NCBI GenBank assembly: GCA_046539325.1
Contig: JBKHHD010000006.1
Coordinates: 1 to 64,000, forward strand
Direction: 5' to 3'
Origin: Candidatus Aenigmatarchaeota archaeon
GTDB taxonomy: Archaea; Aenigmatarchaeota; Aenigmatarchaeia; PWEA01
Length of the DNA: 64,000 nt
In this document: positions 38,937 through 48,742 of the stretch, one piece after another
Numbering within the stretch: the first letter of the stretch is position 1
Layout of the letters: each line of letters opens with the position of its first letter
Program-made: the position numbers and the translations under genes
Notes under the pieces: model-generated
Database searches by the model: none
The model's input: the letters and a program-made list of their open reading frames with translations, nothing else
Told to the model about the DNA's origin: nothing

Positions 38937-39614
38937 ATGAAAGAAGGTGACGTTATAACACTGGACTATATAGGCAGGATAAAGGAGTCCGGCGAACTGT
39001 TCGACACTACAAAGAGAGAAGTTGCAGAGGAAGAGGACGCAGTAAACGAAAGGGCAAAATACGAGCCGGTTAAGATTATAGTAGGTGCGGAGATGGTCGT
39101 CGAAGGTCTCGATGAGAAGTTGAAGAAACTTGAAGTAGGCGATAAAGAGGAGGTCGAGGTTCCTCCTGAAAAGGCCTTCGGTGAGAGGAAAGGTGATCTG
39201 ATAAAGACGTTCTCCGAAAACAAGTTCAAGGATCAGGAAATGAATCCTTATCCTGGAATGCGCGTCACCATAGACCAACAGGTTGGAAGGGTTCTTTCAG
39301 TTAACTCAGGCCGTGTAAGAGTAGATATGAACCATCCCCTTGCAGGCAGAACACTGAACTACGACCTGGAGATAAAGGAAAAGATAGAAGGCGATGAAGA
39401 AAAGGTAAAGGCGGTCGGTGGTTACTACCTTGGCGAGGAGCCAGACGTTGAGATAGATGATGCGGAAGCAACTATAGAAGTTCCTGAGGAGGCAAACGAA
39501 CGGATACTTGAAGAGATCAAGGAGAAGGTTGAAGAGTTCTTAGAAGTGAAGAACGTAAGCTTCAAGGAGGTCGAGAAGGATGAAAATGAAGGAGAAGTTG
39601 AAGAATCTCAGTAA
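38937..39614 (+). CDS. slyD: long-type FKBP peptidyl-prolyl isomerase
   Basis: GELFDTT, PPEKAFGER, VDMNHPLAGRTL. Confidence 0.92.
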   Translation: MKEGDVITLDYIGRIKESGELFDTTKREVAEEEDAVNERAKYEPVKIIVGAEMVVEGLDEKLKKLEVGDKEEVEVPPEKAFGERKGDLIKTFSENKFKDQEMNPYPGMRVTIDQQVGRVLSVNSGRVRVDMNHPLAGRTLNYDLEIKEKIEGDEEKVKAVGGYYLGEEPDVEIDDAEATIEVPEEANERILEEIKEKVEEFLEVKNVSFKEVEKDENEGEVEESQ

Positions 39615-39864
39615 AAGGGATAAGGCAATAGTGGCTTTCTGGATAGTTCTCTTTGCAGTTCTTTTGTTTCAATTTCTTAGAGTTCCGAGGTCTGAGCTTG
39701 AGGAACAGTGCGCGGAGTTTACAAGGCAAAACGGCTGTATGGAGGGCGAAGAGATACAGAGTATGGAATCAGGACAAAGGCTTTACGAGCTTATCGAAGG
39801 TACAGCATACGACAACCCCAAGGAAGCATGTGGTTGTGTAACCGACAATATTACTGATCCGTAA
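39580..39864 (+). CDS. small membrane-anchored Cys-motif protein
   Basis: One TM segment, then CAEF...GC...ACGC. Confidence 0.65.
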   Translation: MKMKEKLKNLSKRDKAIVAFWIVLFAVLLFQFLRVPRSELEEQCAEFTRQNGCMEGEEIQSMESGQRLYELIEGTAYDNPKEACGCVTDNITDP

Positions 39865-39920
39865 CATTCACGTTCCTCATACAAAAACTTTAAATACCTT
39901 TAAGTTTCTTATTTTGTGTA

Positions 39921-39970
39921 TAAAGCCAGTCAGAGCCTCCAAAGTATAAAAGGGGCTCTCAGAGGCTTTA
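39921..39970 (+). promoter_or_regulatory. hairpin in the ftsZ 5' leader, downstream of TTTAAATA (about 39888)
   Basis: Nested stems TAAAGCC/GGCTTTA and AGAGCCTC/GGGGCTCT. Confidence 0.45.
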
Positions 39971-40048
39971 TTTGACTCATTTGACATCAAACGTATCATT
40001 TTTAGCTGAAATGTTGTTTTAAAAGGAAATTATGTGGAGGTGACATAC

Positions 40049-41161
40049 ATGGCAGAAGCAAAAGAAATTCAATCACAGGATGAGGATATATCTCAGCCAG
40101 AACCAGAACTCGATCACGAGGCTGACGAGGACCTCAAGGAAATTCTTGAGTCGAGGAAAGCAGAGATCAAGGTAGCCGGTGTTGGAGGTGCCGGAGGAAA
40201 CACAATCTCAAGGATGACACAGGTAGGAATTGTCGGTGCTGAATCCATAGCTGTAAATACAGACGCACAGGATCTTCTCTACACAGACGCCGACGAAAAG
40301 CTTCTCATTGGAAGAGAAATTACACAGGGACTAGGAGCTGGCGCAGAGCCGGAAATAGGTGAAGAAGCAGCCGAAGAGTCCAAACAGGATATAAAGGAGA
40401 AGCTCGAAGGGAGTGACATGGTTTTCGTTACGTGTGGTCTCGGTGGTGGAACAGGAACAGGAGCCGCTCCGGTTGTTGCACAAACTGCACAGAAGCTTGG
40501 TGCTCTGACAGTAGGAATTGTAACGCTTCCTTTCACGATGGAAGGTAAGCAGAGGCGTTCCAACGCAAGAAGAGGTCTAGAAAGGCTTGAAAACGCAGTG
40601 GACACTCTTATCGTGATTCCAAACGACAAGTTGCTGGAAATTGTTCCAGACGTTTCAGTGACTACTGCTTTCAAGGTAGCCGACGAGATACTAGTGAACG
40701 CTGTAAAGGGCATCGCGGAGCTTGTAACCAAGCCTGGTCTTGTGAACCTGGACTTCGCTGACATCAAGGCAGTTATGAAGAGCGGTGGACTAGCGATGAT
40801 AGGTATGGGAGAATCCGACACGGAGAACAGGTCGCTTGAAGCTGTAGAGAAGGCATTGACCAATCCTCTGCTGGACGTAGACATAGAAGGAGCCGACGGC
40901 GCACTGATCAACGTTACAGGAGGTCCTGACAGCACAATCAGCGAGGCACAGGAAATTGTCGAAGCAGTCTCAAACAAGCTTTCCGACGAAGCAAAGGTCA
41001 TCTGGGGTTCACAGATCGTAGAGGAACTAGGTGAGTCCATAAGGACGATGCTAATCGTCACGGGCGTCAAGTCCTCACAGATCTACGGCCCGAAAAAGAA
41101 GTACAGTGAAGAGAAGCAGAGAGAGATCGAAGAGATCCTCGGAATCGAGTTCGTAGAGTAG
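40049..41161 (+). CDS. ftsZ: cell division protein FtsZ (FtsZ1 context)
   Basis: GVGGAGGN, GGGTGTG, NLDFAD; SD GGAGGTGA. Confidence 0.98.
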   Translation: MAEAKEIQSQDEDISQPEPELDHEADEDLKEILESRKAEIKVAGVGGAGGNTISRMTQVGIVGAESIAVNTDAQDLLYTDADEKLLIGREITQGLGAGAEPEIGEEAAEESKQDIKEKLEGSDMVFVTCGLGGGTGTGAAPVVAQTAQKLGALTVGIVTLPFTMEGKQRRSNARRGLERLENAVDTLIVIPNDKLLEIVPDVSVTTAFKVADEILVNAVKGIAELVTKPGLVNLDFADIKAVMKSGGLAMIGMGESDTENRSLEAVEKALTNPLLDVDIEGADGALINVTGGPDSTISEAQEIVEAVSNKLSDEAKVIWGSQIVEELGESIRTMLIVTGVKSSQIYGPKKKYSEEKQREIEEILGIEFVE

Positions 41162-41294
41162 TCCTTCCGGTTGTGGGGTACTGGAGGACAAACCCCTCTT
41201 CCTATCTATTTTTATTTATCCTGTATTTTCCCTGAACCAATAGACAATTTTTTAAAGGTTGGGTTATATTAAGAATTGGACATAGAGTGATAAG

Positions 41295-41468
41295 ATGTCA
41301 ATAAAGTCTTTCCTGAAAAGCTGCAGTAGGGTACTGAAGGTAGCTACAAAGCCTTCTAGGGAAGAGTTTTGGCAGACGGCGAAGGTGACAGCTATAGGAA
41401 TACTTTTGATAGGAGCAATAGGCTTCAGCATCTTCTTGCTCTTTCAGGTTCCAGGATTAATAGGGTGA
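41295..41468 (+). CDS. secE: preprotein translocase SecE/Sec61gamma
   Basis: Hand-translated MSIKSFLKSCSRVLKVATKPSREEFWQTAKVTAIGILLIGAIGF…; lies between ftsZ and spt5. Confidence 0.93.
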   Translation: MSIKSFLKSCSRVLKVATKPSREEFWQTAKVTAIGILLIGAIGFSIFLLFQVPGLIG

Positions 41469-41472
41469 AACT

Positions 41473-41913
41473 ATGGCTCTGATAACATTAAAGACGACTA
41501 TAGGACGCGAATCCACTGTAATGAACGATATACAGGAAAGGGTGAAGTCTGAAGGATACGATATAAAGGCTATGGTTCATCCTGGCGAGCTCGACGGCTA
41601 CGTTATAATTGAAGGTAGAGAAGGGGATATAAGGAAGATCATAAGGAATACAAGACATGCGAAAGGTATAATATCCGACGACGTTGAAATGAACGAGATA
41701 AATCAGTTCCTCGAATCCGACGAGATAGAGATAGAAGTTGAGAGAGGAGATATAGTTGAAGTTGTAGGAGGTCCATTTAAAGGTGAGAAAGGTAAAGTAA
41801 CAAGGGTTGACGAAGCGAACTCTGAGGTGACCCTTGAGCTGCTCGAGGCTACGGTTCCTATACCGGTTACAGTTGGAGTAGGTTCGGTAAAGATACAGGA
41901 AAGTGGTGAATGA
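41473..41913 (+). CDS. spt5: transcription elongation factor Spt5/NusG
   Basis: TTIGRE, GYVIIE, KOW motif GDIVEVVGGPFKGEKG. Confidence 0.95.
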   Translation: MALITLKTTIGRESTVMNDIQERVKSEGYDIKAMVHPGELDGYVIIEGREGDIRKIIRNTRHAKGIISDDVEMNEINQFLESDEIEIEVERGDIVEVVGGPFKGEKGKVTRVDEANSEVTLELLEATVPIPVTVGVGSVKIQESGE

Positions 41914-41915
41914 TT

Positions 41916-42671
41916 ATGGCTGAAATAAACGCACTTGTCGATGCTGGAAACGTTTCTGCAGGACCGCCGTTAGGTCCACAGCTAGGTCCCTTAGGAGTTG
42001 ATATAGGGCAGATAGTTTCCGAGATAAATGAAAAGACGAAAGACTTCGAAGGCATGGAGATACCTGTAACTGTAAAGGTAGATGAGGATACTAACGAATT
42101 CGAGATAGAGGTGGGCACACCGCCAACAGCCGCGATGATAAGGGAGGAGGTAGAGCTGGAGGCTCTCTCGTCACATCCAAAGGATGAGAAGGTCGCGGAC
42201 ATGTTTATAGAACAATGTATAAAGATAGCAAAGTCCAAGCTACCTGACCTCAACTGCTCGGAGCTTAAATCAGCTGTCAAGCAGGTAGTTGGAACCTGTG
42301 TTTCCGCGGGCGTAATGGTAGAGGACAAGGACCCTAAGGAAGTTCTTGTAGAGATAGACGAAGGCAAATACGACGAAGAAATAGAAAACGAAAAGACAGA
42401 GCTCACAGAAGAAGAGAAGGAAGAAATCAGGAAGAAGAGGGAAGAACTACAGGAACAGATGGAAGAAAGGGAAGAAGAATACAGAGAGAAGGCAGAGGAG
42501 ATACTTGCTCAGATCGAACAAGAAGAGGAGGAGGAAGAGGAAGAGTTCGACAGGGACGAAAAGGTCAGCAGACTGGAAGCAGAGGATATACCTTACGAGA
42601 TAATAGTCGAATACCTACCGGAAGAAGAGGAAGAGGAGGAAGAAGAAGGATCAGAAGAGGAAGAGGCTTAG
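41916..42671 (+). CDS. rpl11: ribosomal protein uL11 with long acidic C-terminal extension
   Basis: AGPPLGPQLGPLG, GTPPTA, VVGTCVSAGV.VE. Confidence 0.95.
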   Translation: MAEINALVDAGNVSAGPPLGPQLGPLGVDIGQIVSEINEKTKDFEGMEIPVTVKVDEDTNEFEIEVGTPPTAAMIREEVELEALSSHPKDEKVADMFIEQCIKIAKSKLPDLNCSELKSAVKQVVGTCVSAGVMVEDKDPKEVLVEIDEGKYDEEIENEKTELTEEEKEEIRKKREELQEQMEEREEEYREKAEEILAQIEQEEEEEEEEFDRDEKVSRLEAEDIPYEIIVEYLPEEEEEEEEEGSEEEEA

Positions 42672-42672
42672 A

Positions 42673-42740
42673 TTTAAATAGTTTAATAAGTATTGGACTT
42701 TCATCCGTTCACTACCGTCGGTTCTGACGGTAGGAGGTGG
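42673..42740 (+). promoter_or_regulatory. TATA box and SD-overlapping hairpin upstream of rpl1
   Basis: TTTAAATA at 42673; CTACCGTC (42712-42719) / GACGGTAG (42726-42733) overlapping AGGAGGTGG. Confidence 0.55.
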
Positions 42741-42744
42741 AATC

Positions 42745-43380
42745 ATGGACACAGAAGACGTAATCGAGAAAGTAGAAGGTCTTAAAGAAGATAGCGACGA
42801 GAGGAATTTTCTTCAGACAGTCGACCTTATAGTCAACCTCTACGACATAGACCTTTCGGATCCGGAAAACAGATTTTCCACAGATATAATACTCCCACAT
42901 GGAAGGGGCAAGGATGTTCAGGTGTGTGTTATAGCGGACTCTAAAACAACAGAAGCTAAGAAGCTTGACGTAAATCTTATTACAAAAGACGATCTCGAGG
43001 ACCTGGAAGGCAACATGGACGAGGCGAAGAAGATAGCCGAGGAGAACGACATCTTCCTCGGTGAAGCTCCTCTCATGCCAAAGATAGGTGAGGTTATGGG
43101 TCCTGTTTTAGGTCCAAGGGGTAAGATGCCCAGTCCCTTCAAGCCTGGCGACAACCTAGGAGAAATATTAAAGAAGAGGAGGAACTCTCTGAACGTAAAG
43201 GTAGGCGAGAACAGAACTCTGCATTTCCCTGTAGCCACAGAGGAGATGCCGGCAGACAAGATAGAGGAAAATGTAAGAGCTGTTATGGATGAAATTGAAG
43301 GGAATCTTCCAAAGGGTCCTAAGCAAATAGGATCGGCTTATCTCAAACTTACTATGTCAAGTCCTGTGAGGTTGATATAA
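42745..43380 (+). CDS. rpl1: ribosomal protein uL1
   Basis: RNFLQTVDL, LPHGRGK, LGPRGKMP, KLTMS. Confidence 0.96.
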   Translation: MDTEDVIEKVEGLKEDSDERNFLQTVDLIVNLYDIDLSDPENRFSTDIILPHGRGKDVQVCVIADSKTTEAKKLDVNLITKDDLEDLEGNMDEAKKIAEENDIFLGEAPLMPKIGEVMGPVLGPRGKMPSPFKPGDNLGEILKKRRNSLNVKVGENRTLHFPVATEEMPADKIEENVRAVMDEIEGNLPKGPKQIGSAYLKLTMSSPVRLI

Positions 43381-44222
43381 TGATAAGGGAATGGAAAAAG
43401 AAGGACGTAGAAGAAATGAAAGAACTTCTTAACGAGAATCCGGTGGTCGGAGTTACCAGTATGTACAAGATCCCTGCTCCACAGCTACAGGACATAAGGA
43501 AGGATCTTCACGGTAAAGCAAAGATAAGGATGTCAAGGAAGACTCTTATGAAGAGAGCTCTTGAGGAGTCCGACAGAGAGGATATTGAGGACCTGAAGGA
43601 ACACCTTAAAGGTGAGTCCGCTTTCATATTCACAGAGATGAATCCCTTCAAACTTTACTCATACCTACAGGAAAACAAGAGCTCTGCTCCTGCAAAGGCC
43701 GGCGATATAGCCCCTAATGATATTGTAGTAAACGAGGGTGGAACGGGAATAGATCCTGGTCCAGCTATAGGAAAGCTTCAGAACGCAGGCCTCAAGACCT
43801 CGATAGACGAAGGTGAGATAAAGATAGTTCAGGAAAGTGTGGTTGCGGAGCAAGGAGATGAGATAAGCCACGAAGAGGCGGAAGCTCTGAAGATGCTTGA
43901 CATGGAGCCGATGGAGATAGGCCTAAGCATAAAGGCTGTCTGGGAAGGCGGAAACGTATTCATGCCGAAGGACCTTGATATAGATATTGAAGAGCACAAG
44001 GAGAAGATGAAGGCTGCTTACCAGAGAGCAATGAACCTATCTGTAAACGCTGGTTATGTAACCGAAGAAAACATCGAAATATTGCTATCTAAAGCATGGA
44101 GAAAGGCCAAAGCACTGGCACTCGAAAGCGAGTACCCGACAGAAGAAAATATAGGAGAGATGTTGAGAATGACCCAATCAAAAACAAAATCATTAAAATC
44201 AAAGGTAGAGGAGGTGTCTTAA
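43380..44222 (+). CDS. rpl10: ribosomal protein uL10 (aP0)
   Basis: [31 protein letters not shown]. Confidence 0.95.
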   Translation: MIREWKKKDVEEMKELLNENPVVGVTSMYKIPAPQLQDIRKDLHGKAKIRMSRKTLMKRALEESDREDIEDLKEHLKGESAFIFTEMNPFKLYSYLQENKSSAPAKAGDIAPNDIVVNEGGTGIDPGPAIGKLQNAGLKTSIDEGEIKIVQESVVAEQGDEISHEEAEALKMLDMEPMEIGLSIKAVWEGGNVFMPKDLDIDIEEHKEKMKAAYQRAMNLSVNAGYVTEENIEILLSKAWRKAKALALESEYPTEENIGEMLRMTQSKTKSLKSKVEEVS

Positions 44223-44223
44223 G

Positions 44224-44538
44224 ATGGAGTACGTACAGTCTGCAATGCTCCTTCACTCAGCAGGCAAAGAGATAACAGAAGATAGTGTAACAGAGGTCCT
44301 TGAAGCAGCAGGCGTTGAAGTAGACGAAACAAGAGTAAAGTCCTTGGTAGCGGCGCTCGAAGACGTAGACATAGAAGAAGCTATTGAAAGTGCAGCAGTG
44401 CCTGCAGGAGGCGCACCAGCACCTGAAGCTTCCGAAGAAGAGGGTGAAGAAGAAGGCGAAGAGGAAGAAGAGGAGCCTGAGGACGAAGGCAGCTCAGAAG
44501 AAGCAGAAGAAGGACTAGGAAGCCTGTTCGAGGAATAA
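44224..44538 (+). CDS. rpl12: ribosomal stalk protein aP1 (L12)
   Basis: MEYV..AMLLH, VLEAAG, C-terminal EGLGSLF. Confidence 0.96.
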   Translation: MEYVQSAMLLHSAGKEITEDSVTEVLEAAGVEVDETRVKSLVAALEDVDIEEAIESAAVPAGGAPAPEASEEEGEEEGEEEEEEPEDEGSSEEAEEGLGSLFEE

Positions 44539-44585
44539 AAACCAGAACGTTTATTTTCTCTTATTTGTAATTATAGTTGATTGCT

Positions 44586-47375
44586 ATGGGAGAAATTGAG
44601 GAGTTAAAGGCGCAGATACTTGAAGAAGCATCCGAGAGTCCTAGAAAGTTCTTCCCTGTAGAAAGGATGAAGGAAAGAGGATTCAGGAGAAGAAAATGCA
44701 GTAGTTGTGGAAAGTACTTCTGGTCCGTTGACGAGCAAAGGAAGGTATGTGGTGAAGCTGATTGCTCCGGAGGTTATACCTTTATAGATGATTCTCCTAC
44801 GGACAAAGTTCTAGATCAGACCACTGCATGGACAGAGTTCAGAGACTTTATGGAGGAAAGGGGTTATACAGGTATAGGAAGGTATCCTGTTCTAGCCAGA
44901 TGGAGGGACGACACGGACTTCGTAAGAGCTTCCATATACGACTTCCAGCCCTACGTCGTCTCTGGGGAAGTAGACCCTCCTGCTAACCCGTTAGTAGTTC
45001 CACAGTTCTGCCTGCGCTTTAATGATATTGACAACGTCGGTATTACAGGTAGCCACTACACAGGCTTCATAATGACAGGGCAGCATGCCTTCGTCCCTGA
45101 GGAAGAGTACGACCAAGAAGTTTACTTTGAGCATATGCTGGACTGGCTTGTCGAAGGACTTGGAATAGATGTAGAGAAGATTGTTCTACATGAGGACGCC
45201 TGGGCTGGGGGTGGGAACCTTGGCGGCTGTATGGAGTTCTTTGTTGATGGAATGGAGCTACTGAACCAGGTTTACATGACCTACGAGATTGATTCTTCTG
45301 ATAAAGGTTACTCCGGGATAGACACGATGGTTCTTGATATGGGCATGGGACATGAAAGAGTTGCGTGGATAAGTAATGGGAGCAAGACCTCATACGAGGC
45401 AAACATGCCTGAGGTTGTAGACAAGCTCTACAGGAAAACGGACGTGGAAGCCGATGAAGAGATAAGAAAGAAGTTCCTTCCTTATTCCGGTCTTCTGAAT
45501 GCAGATGAAGTTGAAGATATAGATGCAAAGTGGGGTAAAATAGCCGAGAAGATAGATATTGATAAAGTTAAGCTCAAGGAGGAGATACAGACCTCCGCAG
45601 ACATATACTCCATAGCTGACCATACAAGAGCGCTTCTTGTAGCCTTTGTCGACGGAGCTCTTCCCTCAAACACTGGTGAAAAGCATTCGCTTCGTGTGAT
45701 AGCAAGGCGTGCCTTGGACATAGTCGACAGGCATAACTGGAATATCGACCTGAAGGAAGTTATGGAATGGCATGCCGAGGAAATGGAAAAATTGTTTCCT
45801 GAGCTAAAGGAAAATATCGATCAGGCCAGGAGAATAATGAAGCACGAAGAAAGGAAGTACAGGGAAGCCAGGGCGAAGGCTGAGAAAATTATAGAAGGTC
45901 TTGAAGGAGAGGTCGTCGATGGAGAAAAGCTTATCGATCTTTACGATACGTATGGAATTTCTCCTGAGCTGCTGGAAAGGTTTGGCGTTCAAGTGGAAAA
46001 GCCAAAGGACTTCTACTCGAAGATATCCGAAAGACATGAGACGGAGGAAGAGGAAAAAGAGGAGGAAGCATTTGATATAGGAGGGATTGAAAAGACGGAA
46101 GAGCTTTACCTGAAGGATGAGAAAAAGATCAAGTTCACTGCTAAGGTTCTGGAAATACTGACCCATAAGGGAGAAAAGTATGTAGTTTTGGACAGGACCT
46201 GCTTTTACCCTACACAGGGAGGACAGATGAACGACCTTGGAAGTATAAACGGCTATGAGGTCTTGGATACCATAAATAAAGAAGGTATAATCCTTCATAA
46301 GATGGATGATTTTGATTTCAACGAAGGCGAAACTGTAAAAGGCAAGATAGACTGGAAAAGGAGAAAGCAACTAATGCAGCACCATACCGCTACACATATA
46401 ATAAACGGTGCGGCTGCACAGGTTCTTGGAAACCATGTCAGCCAAGCCGGTGCAAAGAAAACGGAAGAGAAGGCCAGGCTGGATATTACACACTATGAAA
46501 ATCTTACAAAGGAGGAGCTGGAGGAGATAGAAGAAACTGCAAGGAAATGGATAGAGAATGACTACGAAGTAAATAAGGAGGTCATGAAGAAATCAGAAGC
46601 GGAGAAGCTTTACGGCTTCAAGATATATCAGGGCGGCGTTCCACCAGGAAACGAGCTGAGGATAGTAAATATAGGTGACGGTCTTGATGTGGAAGCGTGC
46701 GGTGGTACGCACGTAGACAGTACTTCTGAAGTAGAGGAAATCGTACTTGTTAACAGTACAAAGGTTCAGGACGGTGTAATTCGCCTGGAGTTTAAGTCAG
46801 GTGAAGCAGCCAGGAAGTATAGAAGTGAAAGGGAGGGAACAAAAGAAAGGCTTTCCGAATTGATAGAGATGGATGGCTACACACTTGAAGAGGTTGCAGA
46901 AATATTCGATGTTTCAGTTGATGAAACAGTAGACGTTGTTCAAAGGTTTGTCGAAGAATGGAAGAATAGAAAGGAAAGAATAGAGGAACTCAAGGATTTC
47001 CTTGGAAAGGAAGGGCCTGTCTACAGGGAAAGGCCGAAGGATCCTCAGGAGCTTTTTGAGGAATGGAAGAAAGAGGAAAAGGATATAGATGGTTTAGAGG
47101 AAAAGATAACGGAAAGGGTTAAAGAGGAAATCACAAGTTCCGAGGAAATTTTTATCAGAGAAGAGATTCCTGTGGAGAATATAGGCAATCTCATCCAAAC
47201 TGTTAGAGAAATAACAAAAAGGAACAAGGATAAAGCAGTAGTTTTGAGGGGACTTAATGCTGTTATTGCTTCAAAGGGCAGCAACTCTAACTATGATTTG
47301 GTGAGGGAGGTAGAAAAAGAAGCCGAAGTAGTGAAGAAAGAAGGCAGCTTGGTAAAAGGATTTAACCTGAAGTAA
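44586..47375 (+). CDS. alaS: alanyl-tRNA synthetase
   Basis: RYPVLARWRDD, ASIYDFQP, QFCLRFND, IADHTR, HTATH and ACGGTH editing motifs. Confidence 0.96.
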   Translation: MGEIEELKAQILEEASESPRKFFPVERMKERGFRRRKCSSCGKYFWSVDEQRKVCGEADCSGGYTFIDDSPTDKVLDQTTAWTEFRDFMEERGYTGIGRYPVLARWRDDTDFVRASIYDFQPYVVSGEVDPPANPLVVPQFCLRFNDIDNVGITGSHYTGFIMTGQHAFVPEEEYDQEVYFEHMLDWLVEGLGIDVEKIVLHEDAWAGGGNLGGCMEFFVDGMELLNQVYMTYEIDSSDKGYSGIDTMVLDMGMGHERVAWISNGSKTSYEANMPEVVDKLYRKTDVEADEEIRKKFLPYSGLLNADEVEDIDAKWGKIAEKIDIDKVKLKEEIQTSADIYSIADHTRALLVAFVDGALPSNTGEKHSLRVIARRALDIVDRHNWNIDLKEVMEWHAEEMEKLFPELKENIDQARRIMKHEERKYREARAKAEKIIEGLEGEVVDGEKLIDLYDTYGISPELLERFGVQVEKPKDFYSKISERHETEEEEKEEEAFDIGGIEKTEELYLKDEKKIKFTAKVLEILTHKGEKYVVLDRTCFYPTQGGQMNDLGSINGYEVLDTINKEGIILHKMDDFDFNEGETVKGKIDWKRRKQLMQHHTATHIINGAAAQVLGNHVSQAGAKKTEEKARLDITHYENLTKEELEEIEETARKWIENDYEVNKEVMKKSEAEKLYGFKIYQGGVPPGNELRIVNIGDGLDVEACGGTHVDSTSEVEEIVLVNSTKVQDGVIRLEFKSGEAARKYRSEREGTKERLSELIEMDGYTLEEVAEIFDVSVDETVDVVQRFVEEWKNRKERIEELKDFLGKEGPVYRERPKDPQELFEEWKKEEKDIDGLEEKITERVKEEITSSEEIFIREEIPVENIGNLIQTVREITKRNKDKAVVLRGLNAVIASKGSNSNYDLVREVEKEAEVVKKEGSLVKGFNLK

Positions 47376-47852
47376 CTAGTCATATCTTACTATTATGTAG
47401 TCTCCGTGTTCTAAGGTATAACTCCTGTACTGGTCGATGGACTGAACAGGTTTCTCCATACCTTCTATTGTCTTCCCCTTTGAGACACTGACCTCGTTAC
47501 TGTAGGTAGTATTACACATATTGTTGTTCTCGTATTCCATAAGTTCTGTGCTTGTGAAGGTTACATTCATTAGATCGAAAACTTGACCAAGTGTTACACC
47601 GGCTTCCGTCGGGAAGGATATGATACCGTCACTGGTTACTGTCACAGAAGCTCCATCAATCTCTCCTTCGGAATCAGGTATTTCCCTTTGTTCACCGCAT
47701 GTACGAATCTCCAAAAGGGCCTCACCGGCAGGCCCTGCCTGGTTCCCTGCTTCCGGGAGGGCAGCCGATATAGCGTAGACTATGGCCGAGCCACCGAAAA
47801 GGATGATTACAAGGATAACTGCTATCTGTTGTTTAGTCACGTCTACCTTCAT
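47376..47852 (-). CDS. membrane-anchored hypothetical protein
   Basis: N-terminal TM; TLGQVFD...Y.LEHGD.I.VRY. Confidence 0.7.
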   Translation of the reverse strand: MKVDVTKQQIAVILVIILFGGSAIVYAISAALPEAGNQAGPAGEALLEIRTCGEQREIPDSEGEIDGASVTVTSDGIISFPTEAGVTLGQVFDLMNVTFTSTELMEYENNNMCNTTYSNEVSVSKGKTIEGMEKPVQSIDQYRSYTLEHGDYIIVRYD

Positions 47853-47869
47853 ATTAAAACCTCATGTTA

Positions 47870-47952
47870 TAGCCCCGCCAGGATTCGAACCTGGGCCATG
47901 AGGTCCAGAACCTCACATCCTTAGCCATTTTTGACCGCTAGACTACGGGGCT
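47870..47952 (-). tRNA. tRNA-Gln(CTG) with a 10-nt intron at 21/22 (47921-47930)
   Basis: AGCCCCG/CGGGGCT-A; TGAGG-TTCTGGA-CCTCA; D-loop GGTC pairs with intron GGCT. Confidence 0.9.
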
Positions 47953-48035
47953 CCGTTTATCCGTGCTATACTTAATTAAACTCACTTTTATAAACTTGAA
48001 GGTAAAAGTTCTTCTTGTCTCAAGGAGGTGTTAAT

Positions 48036-48470
48036 ATGCCGGTAATAGGTGTCAATATCAGGAACATCAACTCGGAAAGAGGAGAAAACGTAGGTGGCAA
48101 TCTCAAGGTCAACAATACACCCAAGATCAAGGGTGTAAAGATAAAGGAAGTGGGTAACATCAACAAGGAGGCACTTTCGATAGACTTTGAGTACACCTGC
48201 AAATACTCAAAGGAAGACAGTGATGAGTCTGTTGCAGAGATAAACATAGGCGGAGAAGTGCTTTTTATGACCGATGACCCCCAGAGTGTAGTGGAAAACT
48301 GGGAGGAAAACAAGGACCTACCCGAAGAAATAGTCATACCAACAATCAACAGCGTCATGAGAAAGTCTCTTACGAAAGCCATAGACATATCGGAGTCACT
48401 TCAAGTACCGCCACCGATAAGGTTCCCGAAGGCAAAGAAAAAGTCTGATAGTGCTCGATACATAGGATAA
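48036..48470 (+). CDS. conserved-looking hypothetical protein (possibly SecB-like fold)
   Basis: SD GGAGGTG; four-strand/two-helix pattern ending PPPIRFPK; fold assignment is a guess. Confidence 0.7.
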   Translation: MPVIGVNIRNINSERGENVGGNLKVNNTPKIKGVKIKEVGNINKEALSIDFEYTCKYSKEDSDESVAEINIGGEVLFMTDDPQSVVENWEENKDLPEEIVIPTINSVMRKSLTKAIDISESLQVPPPIRFPKAKKKSDSARYIG

Positions 48471-48742
48471 ACTCCTTAAAATCTTTTATTTTTACTTTAA
48501 ATTTATTTAATTTCTTTTTATTCCAATTAAATCCTTTAAATGTATTTATAGTTCTTATAAGCCTATTAAAACGTCGTGAGGGTTACCACTAACTCTCACA
48601 TTTTCGTGAGTTTTGTAAAAATTTACTAAAAAATATATTTTATTAAATATGTTCTATAATATATAATTTAAGAAAAATATGTAGAAAAAAATGTTATAAC
48701 AAATATAGTTAAAGAAAAATATGTATAAACATATATATAGAA
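48471..48742. other. extremely AT-rich intergenic tract
   Basis: Long A/T runs between convergent genes; contains CTCACATTT at 48595-48603. Confidence 0.75.
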
